The notes under the pieces were generated by a model. The model worked only from the letters and a program-made list of their open reading frames with translations. It made no database searches and had not been told where the DNA came from. Below, one piece after another: positions 53,557 to 64,000 of a DNA stretch of 64,000 nt. This stretch comes from Eledone cirrhosa (taxonomy: Eukaryota): the NCBI GenBank assembly GCA_964016885.1, contig OZ024743.1, positions 8,928,001-8,992,000 on the forward strand, in the 5' to 3' direction. Both the position numbers and the translations under genes were made by a program. Within the stretch, counting starts at the first letter, position 1. Each line of letters opens with the position of its first letter.

Positions 53557-56500
53557 GTGTCCCTTTAATAAAAATACACACTCACACAATTATATACTCC
53601 GAACCATACACACACACAGGTAAATATTACAAAAAACTTCAAGTGAGCTGTCTACAATCCTTAGATTGCAATAATGAACTGAAGAGATAAACAATAGGAA
53701 GATACTAACGCCGAGCGAGCAAGCGAAATAACCTCTACCAAATCATTACATTTGCTAAAATCAGCAGCCAAATCTCACTAAGTATTATCTACTTACTCTC
53801 ACTCTAGGAAAGATACACGGGAAAATGTAGTTCTCTATATATTATGCAGAAAAAAAGAGGGATAATCATAGTTCGGACGTAAGGCGAACAATGAAAGACT
53901 AATTAAAATATAAATAGAACTACACTCAGATCAACAGCATGCGTGAGAAAAAATTGGAAGTTACTACTCTGCAGAAAGAATGCCAAAAAGCACCCAGAAA
54001 AGTATTCACACACATACGACAAAAAAATCCCAAACTCACATATCGCCTCCTTTCACAGCCACAATAGAAAATATAAGGAAAGTTGCTATTATCTCCCTTC
54101 TCAAGCCGATTGCTCTACACAAAATACAACAAACATGAAAGCCTAAGCACTTCACACACAAATTTATCAAGAACAATCAGAGTAGAAAATGTAAACCAGG
54201 GAATCATAATGTACAAAAAGCTAAACATGCTGCAATATAACATCAAATCACAGACACAGATACACAAAAACATCTTTATGCGGCTGTAGAAACCCTAACT
54301 TCACATTCACTTTGCCTTAATATGGCAAATCTAAATCGCACAATCCTTGCCATTATATAAACAGTTAAGCTCTAAAAGAAAGACACTTCTACAATATCTC
54401 AGAATACATACTACTACTACAAGGTAATTTTAAGAACAATATTTCTCAACCAGTCCAGACAAACATAAGCTCCATATACACCAAAAAACAACAATAATCT
54501 GATGAGACAAAAACGTGCTAGGATGCACAGTATTAATGATATGTAAGGAGGAAAACAACTGTCCTATTCTTGCTGCGTCCATATTGCTTAGTTCCCTATA
54601 GCTACCACCGGAACCAACAGACGCAGAGAAATAGGCAGAAAAAATACAACAGGACAACACTGTCTCCCATTTAATAGCCTACTGCATGCCGAGATGTGCA
54701 ACAAGGTTTTCAGCTATGTGGAGGTATAGTATATAAGGAACTATAAGCATGGATTGCACCTAGTTCCACCGATTATCTATGTACCATAAGCCAGCTTGAT
54801 CAGGGATAACTTAAGTTTAAGCAAACATTATTGTCTTTATAAAATGTGGATAGAATTACCAATATCCGATGTAAAGCAGACTTATTATAAGAATTTTTCC
54901 GCATAGTATGTGACCAATAAGTCTGTCGGATTTATAATTACAGTTCAATGTTAAATACTGTATATGTATAGGATATGTCAATACCGAGCGTGCATTACAA
55001 AACATACACTATTGCCAGTATCATTATCATTTATTGACATTCGTATATTTCCCTATGATTTTTCTTCTAATTCAAAACAATGTTTAAGATATGCATTTAT
55101 CCTATTCCGTGTTAATAGAATATTAATCATCTAATATTCTACATTACAAAACTCAGTCATCAGATAAAATGATAAACAAAAGCAGTAAACCCCAGCAGCA
55201 ACTGTAGACACGACATGACTCCGACAGAATTCTGTAGTTTGTCAAAATCAATAATATATGGAAAAATTCTCAAGTTATCTTTCCAATCTTTATATCAATG
55301 AGATCGATAACAAGTAAGCAAAGTGACAATATATAAAATCAATGGAGGAGCAGAGTGAAGACAAAAACAGAACAACCTAACTGTTTTTACATAATATTAA
55401 TAAAAGAAAGTAAAAAAAAAACAAAGCTGAAAGAAATTCCTAACTTCTCGATATGGACTGTAGTATTGTCGTCTATAAGAAAGGAGTGAAGTAAAGGAAA
55501 ACTGGCACAAAATATCCTACACCTTATGAATATGTTCATAGCATGAACATATTCATAAGGTGTAGGATATTTCATGCTAGTCATCATAATTCTGTATGAG
55601 GCTGAGGAGACAAAGTCAATAATAATATTGCTACTTTAAGATATCTTTCATGTCTTCTTCCTGTTCATAATTACTGAAACAAAGACATCTACATATTTCT
55701 ACTACTTTGTTAACCTTTCTTTATAATCCGTCTAACATTACTGTCGGGGCCAACATAGGAGTCAGACGGTCACGACTGGGACATCTTTTATTATAAATAT
55801 GTTCGACCAGGAGCTTATATGGAACTAAACAACAATATGAAGTAACACCAACAACCTATAAGAGGTTAATCGCCAAATGATGATATAAAAATGTAGCCAC
55901 ATCATATCGCTGTTTCAGAGATGTACAGACTATGGTGCTTTATTACGTTATTAGATGTCATTTTGTAAAATTCAGTATTACACAATAGGCCTACATCACT
56001 GATAAAGTGGAAGTTCTAAAGAAAAAAGAATTAGAGATAACACATATTAAGATACGTTCTGGATATGCGGTCATTGAATGAATAAAAGGAGTTGAAAGAC
56101 ATTCATTACGATCACTATCATCTCCAGGATCATCGCTATTATTACCACCAGTTTCATATCGCCTGAGAACTGCCGAAGCACTACTGAAAAAAAGAACTAG
56201 TAAAAAAATAATACAACCATATCGTGTAGTCTAGTCTGCCAACTTTACAGCAATGACAATCGAGTTTTGTTCGGTTAGCTAGTGAATCGATTTTTAGTGG
56301 ATAAAATATTTTAGCGATGCGGACATCAGCTGTAGCAATGAATTGCTTTGTGAAGAAGTAATTCTTAGAATCAGTAGTGTTTGGGTCGATATAGTCTAAA
56401 TATAATCATCCGAAAACTAAAATTCTAATTTAAGACTATTACCAGGACGCTTTGGGGAGAAATATATTCTTCGTTACTTCTGGGTAATTGGGAATACAAT

Positions 56501-57111
56501 TAAAATTCTTGCCAAAACAACACAACTAAACTGAAGTTTTCACCAAAATTCTTCCAAAATTAGATTAGATTAATCAATACAATTTTTATCTGAGTTAGTA
56601 ATGGTGTATCTGACATAATTCAATATTTTCTATAACTCTAGTCTTGTCTTAACACGTTGGCTAGTCATACATTATCTGCATAGTTTCAAATATTTATTCA
56701 GATAGCAGCAAATATAATACATAGCACCTGGATATTGCTGCAGCATAGGAATTTTTACATATTTAGATGAATTCTAGAGATTATCGGTAAGATGTCACTT
56801 CTGAAAACAAATTTCATTTATCTACAATTTTATGTTTTGTTTTCTAAACAAATAACTACCATCGTAGCTATCAAGCATATAAACATATAAACACTGTCAT
56901 AGTTATCTGGAATATAAACATTGAAGTCTCATCTAACACATAAACATTATTAGTGAGAAACCTAATCAATACTTATGCAAAATATACACCGTAGGTATTA
57001 TCAGTGTCATGGAATATTTACATTATAAACATTATCAGTGTCAGGGGAGTAGATAACCATAAATGTTTTCCTTATATAATTTTTTCATCAGCAATCATAT
57101 TTAAGAATAAT

Positions 57112-57202
57112 TGTTTCTACTTTTGGCACAAGGCCAGCAATTACCCAGTGCATTACTGGTACTTTATTTTATCGACCCCGTAAGGATGAAAACCAAAGTT
57201 AA
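57112..57202 (-). mobile_element. SINE family 2, 5'-truncated with 16-bp TSD
   Basis: catatttaagaataat on both sides. Confidence 0.85.
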
Positions 57203-58229
57203 CATATTTAAGAATAATGACGATCTATCAGAAAATTTACGTTAGTTGGCGAATATTTCTATCTTAACACAATAACAGATTGAAGAATTAAACTCTTATG
57301 AAATGGCGCATACCAAATAGTGATATGGAAATAATAGATAATATACTGCCTTGAAGTATCTGAAAATATACAAGAAGCAACCTAAACACTGGAATGGAAT
57401 GGACCTCCGTCGGTTTCGACGATTGTTGTTCCAGCTTTTTGATCAAACGAATACCCTGCTCGTAAAATTAACGTGTAAGAGGCTGAACTTTTCACATACA
57501 CTTAATGTAAGTAATTATCCTAAAGATTCAGCATGACACAGCATGTTACAAGTTGTTATTATTGTTTAACCCTTGGTCAGCTGTAATCCAGCAGATCTAT
57601 GATGAAAACCGTTCTATCCAAAACCACCCAACGTTTTCCTATTACAGTATATCTGAGATGACACTGCCAAATATGTCTTTGTTTAAGATCTTACATCCCT
57701 TAGATCTCTGAGGTAGATTTGATTAACAGGTCACACCACTACGTAGAGGCTTCACCGCTGGCTTGACTTTTACTAGTCATGATCAAACATACTTATAGCC
57801 AAAGACGTTCAAACCGTGGCCATACCACCTTATCCTATATGCAAGGGACCTACAACCACATTAAACAATGTGTATTTTTCTAAGACGGTTGTATGCGATC
57901 TGAGAGAGATTTCTCTTCTATTGTTAGCAGGTCAACCGACCGTATAGATACTCCTTCGTTTGGAAACGACCGAAGGCATCAGCAGAAAGAACAAACCACA
58001 GCTTCTAAAGTATTTGATGTGAGTATTTAGCTTTACGTATATTTTTTATTACTAACACCAATAGCAACATGAACAGTACCACTGCTGCGTCAAACTCTCA
58101 CATAATTTGTAGAGCAATATGAATGTTGCAGTAAGAAGAACCACTTATGTGACACACCACAAACCATGAAACTTGTTAAAAATTATTGTAAATAAACCTT
58201 TTTAAATTCTCCAATTACATTTTCAACTT

Positions 58230-58301
<72 letters not shown>

Positions 58302-58337
58302 GGAAAAAATGAAACGAAATTTCATACTTATATATAT

Positions 58338-58600
58338 AATTGGTGTTGGATACTTATAGCGTCCGTATGCGGTAGGCCGTTTGAGAACTCGATGCTCTCA
58401 TAGAGCAGAGTATGATATCACAAAAAAAAAGAGAATCAGTGTTGCGACGAATGGAATTTATTGGGCACATTACAATCGTTTCTCTGGTGACCAGCTCGAG
58501 GCACAATCGATGTGATGATCGAACCTGACTCTGAAAATCGCAAGGTCCTCAGATACGTCTTGATTCTACGAAGAAGATTTTCTCTTTTTTTTGTGATATA
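58338..58600 (-). mobile_element. Fold-back element with partial hammerhead
   Basis: Terminal inverted repeat atatcacaaaaaaaaagagaa / ttctctttttttgtgatat. Minus strand has GA g-ctgg-tca-ccag-a GAAA cgattg TA atgtg. Tail has actcgatgc..gcagagtat. Confidence 0.6.
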
Positions 58601-58611
58601 TATATATATAC

Positions 58612-58815
<204 letters not shown>

Positions 58816-58852
58816 ATATATATGTATGTATATATATATATATATAATATAT

Positions 58853-58948
<96 letters not shown>

Positions 58949-58965
58949 ATATATATATATATATT

Positions 58966-59682
58966 TTTTATTAAAATAACAGAATAAAGTTTAAGCAAAG
59001 AATCGCTGCTTTCACCCTTTACGGGATCTTCTGAAACTAACAAAGTCAATCTGTAAACGCAGAAGTGGATATTTAAAAAAACGTTGCAACCGGAGGAAGA
59101 CAGGAAGACGATACTTTGGTACGTGGAAACGTTCTCTATGCAAATAAGTAATGGTATAAACATAACATATACTTAGTTACCACATCAAGACGTAAACTAT
59201 CCACGTATAGATCGTACTATCCGTTAGGGTATAATGTGGGGCTGTAATACAGGAAAGTTTTGTGCAATTTATGTTTACAAGCCGAAATTGCCTCACATTT
59301 TTTGTTGAAGATGTGGTTTGTGGCGTAGAGTATTTCCAGGGCCTCAGCGCGCAGAGGTAACATGGTGTTTTATTTCCGTTATACGATCTAGCCCTAGCTA
59401 GGATCTCCCAGTGTAACTTATATTGGGTGTGGTTGTCTTTTAGACTCCAGATATAAGCTGAAAGTGACGTCATATTCCTTCTTAGAGGGTAACGAAAAGA
59501 ATGGGTATGCATGTAGAGACGCTGCTTGAATCTGTTGGCGGTTAACCATATGTAGGCCCTACGGGACGTGGGTGTTTCAGCCTTACATTTGTAGACAATG
59601 TTACTAGAGAGGCATTTCCCGGATAGGGAGCAATCAACCCGATTCTTACAATTACAGTTAGTACTAACTACAGGGTTGCACG
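58966..59682 (-). mobile_element. Penelope-like element (Naiad-like) 3' fragment: zinc linker, GIY-YIG endonuclease, 3' UTR with hammerhead (family A)
   Basis: CNC-x5-C-x5-C, NIVY..AYIWLT..FKQRLYMH..SF..TSLSAYIWSLK..WEIL..CYLC, then after one frameshift EALEIL..FNKKCE..CKH, stop at 59217-59219. Hammerhead at 58988-59038. Confidence 0.88.
58988..59038 (-). ncRNA. Hammerhead-like ribozyme with variant core
   Basis: agttt CAGAAGA t-ccc-gtaaa-ggg-t GAAA gca-gcgattctt-tgc TT aaact. Confidence 0.65.
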
Positions 59683-59684
59683 TG

Positions 59685-59861
<177 letters not shown>

Positions 59862-61084
59862 CTGTGTTCATGTCTTGTAACTTGGTGGTTCGACAAAAAT
59901 AAGTTCCTAACTTAAAAAAAAAACTCAATACTGGGTTCGATATGATCGACTAAATCCCTTCTCTGCAGTATTTCAGGGTAGTCACTGTCTAATGACTGAC
60001 TCTATTAAAAGAATAAAAGAATATCTAAAAAGGTATTTATATATTATGACTATAAATAAATTAAGCTAGAGAAAATAATTGAATACTCACTTCTTTATTC
60101 AATAAAAGCATAGAAGTTCAGTTTGTATTTATTACATTAAAAGGGAGGCCTTACAATGTTGTTCTGCTTTACACAGCATGTATGCGAATATTTTGCTTTT
60201 AATAAACTTAATTATGGAACAAGATCGCATACACAATCGAAAATTTTAATAAAATGAAACAAACCAAGTCTCACACTTTAAACAAGTTTGAATATAAAAT
60301 AAAGTCGAAGCCTTAATCGAAATGCTTAACACACGTAGACAATATTACGAACATCTATAAATATATGCATCAAAATAGAAAAACGACCATTCATAAAACA
60401 TGAAATTTCCACGCATCCAGCTGATAATTTTACTATTTTTGTGGCAAATCTAACTATATCTCGCGACACATCAGTGTGCTGCGGAGATCGCGTTATTATC
60501 ACTACTCTCATTAACATAACGAAACAATATTAAGAAGACCTATAAATCTATGACGAATTTCCATATGTCCTGCTGGTAATTTTATTATTTTCGCAGCAAA
60601 TCTAGCCACAAATCTAGGAATATCAATGTACCGCAGATCACTGTTTCGGCATTTCTCTCCTATGTAGTCGTTTTGACTGTGTAAATTAGTAACACAACCC
60701 CACCTATGTCATAAAACGCTCTAGCGGTTTTAATTTAAAGACAATTTGCTTAAAGTCGTAGATTTAATGGTGACAAAACCTGAAATAAAATCAAGAGAAT
60801 GTTACTGAAAAGCAAAATCTGATATAGTTTGGCATCAGTGACGTCACAGGTAAACTCAGAACGCAAAGGGTAGAAAGAGATACCGCAAGGTATCACACTG
60901 GATGCCATAGTATTGCATGAGTTGGTGTTTTTCTGTGCACTGGTTCAGATTAAATAGAGCTACTAAAGAGAGGACAACATACACAAATACAACAATCACT
61001 ACTATAACAACAACTACAACTATTACAACAGAACATCACCACACTATCTAACAACATACTACAACAGTATAACTTCTGCTAATA

Positions 61085-61777
61085 TCAACATCAATGTCAT
61101 CTTGATGATGACATTGATGGTGATGATGATGATGATGATGATAAAGGTAAAGATGATGATATGGTGATGACATTGATAATAATTGTTTCTACTTTAGGCA
61201 CAAGGCCAGCAATTACCCAGTGCATTACTGGTACTTTATTTTATCGACCCCGTAAGGATGAAAGGCAAAGTCAACCTCAGCGGGATTTGAACTCAGATCA
61301 TAAAGGGACGTAACTATGCTGGAAAGCATGGCGTCCGACCCTCTACCGATACTGCCAATCCACCGCCCTATGATTGATAATAATGATGTCAATGATGATG
61401 ATGATGATGGTAATGACGATTTTCGTGATAATGATGGTCGTAATAATGGTGGCTCTGATGATGTTAATGAAGATGTTAATGAGGATGCTGAAGATGGAGG
61501 TTATGATGAAGTTGATAATGTTGATGGTGATGGTGATCATGATAATGATAATGATGATGATGATGTTGCTACTGATTGCAATATATTATCATCCACACGG
61601 CTATTACATCCTCCTCCTCCTCCCCCCTCCTCCTTCTCATCATCATCATCATCATCATCATCACCGTCAGCGACCACAAGGTAGAACGTTTATCAGTGGC
61701 ACGTATACAGTAATAAATGCTTTTATACAACTGTCTTCATCACCATCACCATTAACATCATCATCATCATAATCATC

Positions 61778-61844
<67 letters not shown>

Positions 61845-61885
61845 CCACCACCACCACCACCACCACCATCATCATCATCACTAAC
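61085..61885. repeat. (GAT)n then (CAT)n/(CAC)n trinucleotide low-complexity region
   Basis: Seen directly; polarity switches near 61580. Confidence 0.85.
61180..61370 (-). mobile_element. SINE family 2, full length
   Basis: Matches 31013-31210; attgataataat is repeated on both flanks. Confidence 0.88.
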
Positions 61886-62744
61886 ATTATTAATATCACT
61901 AAAAATACGAACAACAACAACAACAACAATACGAACACCTTCGATATGCCTAACCAGCTGCACCAATTGTACAATTGTTATTGTCCATGTCAGTTCCAAT
62001 GTTGAGTACCATCACCTTAATGCAGCATGGTCTATAGTAGCAGCACTGCAGTTTTGCTGTGCATTTGTGAGAAAATGCAAAACAAAAAAAAACAAAAAAA
62101 TCAAGAAAAAAAAGACAGTTGCAGCGACAAGATTTCTGAGACGATAACAAATTCTATTCATCAGCCAGTTATGTGCACTAAATATTTGATAAGGAAATGA
62201 ATCTTAGTTCACATAACCAGCTAACGATCGGAATTGTACTCTAATCTTGTAGCCGGCCTCCTGGATCGAGATAACTGTATTGGTAGGTAGATAGATAGGT
62301 AGGTAGATAGATTCATAGGTAGATAGAGTGAGACAGGTGGAGACAAGGCACCAGATACACAGATACACATATAAATCCTCCATAGGTTTCATGAATCGAA
62401 AGATCTACAAGAATATTCCTGTCCACGGTGCAGACGTGGGCAAGATTATTTTTATGAAAAATAATAAATTTCTTCTTTTCACGCCACCGATGTGGCAAAA
62501 GTTGATACAGCATTGCACCAATGACGTCTTAAGCGAACTCAAAACACAAAGGATCGAAAGAGATGCCGCAATGCATCACGTCCGACACTCTAACAATTCC
62601 GCCAATTTATTTTGACTAGTAGTTTATTTCTCGACATTGAGAAAATGAAAGGTAAAGTTGAAGTTGATGGGATATAAACTGAGTGTGCAGAGAGTTGGAA
62701 CAATGTGAAGCATTTAATCCGACACGCTAACGAATCAATTCATC

Positions 62745-62811
62745 GTCTGTAGACACACACATACACACAGATTCACTCGTCTGTAGACACACACATACAC
62801 ACAGATTCACT
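62745..62811. repeat. 34-bp tandem duplication
   Basis: cgtctgtagacacacacatacacacagattcact occurs twice. Confidence 0.85.
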
Positions 62812-62965
62812 CATGGTCCAATGGTTCCCAAAATTATTTTGCTAAGAAATCTTCATACAAAATTCCGAAAACCGTGGAAACCGCATCTTCATTTTATGGA
62901 CAAGGAGAAATTGTTTTATATACGGTACACACACATATATTACAAATAAATAAATTAATATGTAT

Positions 62966-63040
<75 letters not shown>

Positions 63041-63042
<2 letters not shown>

Positions 63043-63224
63043 TTATTCCGGGTTCAATCGAGGGTAACCACAGTAAGTAAGGTACTCAATACATAGCAGA
63101 GTATAAAAGTTTTAATATAGAAGAACTTCTACAGGACTAGAACTGTTTAATTCGTGAGAAATCATCAGGAAGCCCTTCCTGATGGTTTCTCACGAATGAA
63201 ACAGTTCTAGTCCTGTAGAAGCTC

Positions 63225-63232
<8 letters not shown>
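63041..63232. mobile_element. Fold-back element with a hammerhead on each arm
   Basis: Arms ~63115-63172 and 63175-63232. cttc CTGATGG t-ttc-tcac-gaa-t GAAA cag-ttctagtc-ctg TA gaag (63175-63221). The other arm has canonical CTGATGA but TAAA. Tail gtactcaatac..gcagagtat. Confidence 0.8.
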
Positions 63233-63288
<56 letters not shown>

Positions 63289-63308
63289 CAAATGAATAAA
63301 TATATGTA

Positions 63309-63356
<48 letters not shown>

Positions 63357-63378
63357 TATATATGAATAAATATATGTA

Positions 63379-63422
<44 letters not shown>

Positions 63423-64000
63423 TTTCATTATCTCGTAGAACCCCATAACGTTTTCATGGAACCCTTTGGGAAACACTGATCTAGTCAATAGACACAAAAC
63501 GTGACAATGCACAGAAACAAATTTTACAATCAGATAAGTTTTATTGTAAATTCATAATGGCCTCTTTGAAACAGGAGCGATCCATTGTACAAAGACAATA
63601 GAAGGATCCAGGGTAATGAATTGATTTTATCTTTTATATTTCAATGCTTATGCTGAGTCAGTTGTTTTTTTTAAATCTGGAAAATATGATAATCACTGAT
63701 ATTGATTTTTTCTAGAATTACTTCGAACAGTAATTTATTGTTAATGCAGAGTTTATTATATCTACTGTTGTAGCTTCTGGTCAGTTTTATTGTCTTTTAA
63801 AAAATATATTTTAGAATGTCCTTATATTTTTATGTTATTCAAGTCATAATGTTAACAATTTTAACGAAAGATGGCTTCCATTTTATAAAGCCATTCATTT
63901 AGAAGGGGTGTGCTATGTGATACTAAAGTTGTTTATATTTGAATAGAGTTTATCACAATCTTGCGAAATTAAATACTAGTCAGGGTTTACACATAATTAC

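Noticed and set aside
59040-59682. Selenocysteine recoding or SECIS as reported for some Naiad elements
   Set aside because: All cysteine positions are TGT/TGC and no AUGA..AA..GA SECIS-like hairpin was evident in the 3' UTR by eye.
61316-61999. Asp-, Met- or His-rich ORFs
   Set aside because: They are (GAT)n/(CAT)n trinucleotide repeats, and one starts inside a SINE.
62328-62615. 95-aa ORF in non-repeat sequence
   Set aside because: No recognisable motif or clear splice context.

Overview
This is eukaryotic, AT-rich, microsatellite-dense and repeat-dominated DNA. The SINE families and (TA)n/(CA)n load suggest an invertebrate, probably an octopus-like cephalopod (inferred, not proven). The only convincing host coding sequence is a terminal exon at 1-396 (PIP-like motif plus C-terminal UBZ4-type zinc finger; POLK- or SPRTN-like) with its 3' UTR. 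The rest is transposon landscape: RTE, CR1/L2, CRE, R4/Dong and Tx1 LINEs, two tRNA-SINE families whose 3' tails match LINEs in the same window, and non-autonomous Helitrons. The most striking signal is a set of about 9 short fold-back (palindromic) elements of at least 6 unrelated sequence families, all in or beside (TA)n. Each carries a whole, partial or variant hammerhead ribozyme at or near the fold-back centre, plus a one-sided tail with a shared ACTC/GCTC...YGAGY motif. One family is physically linked to a Penelope-type (Naiad-like) GIY-YIG endonuclease remnant at 59.2-59.7 kb. All alignments were done by eye.
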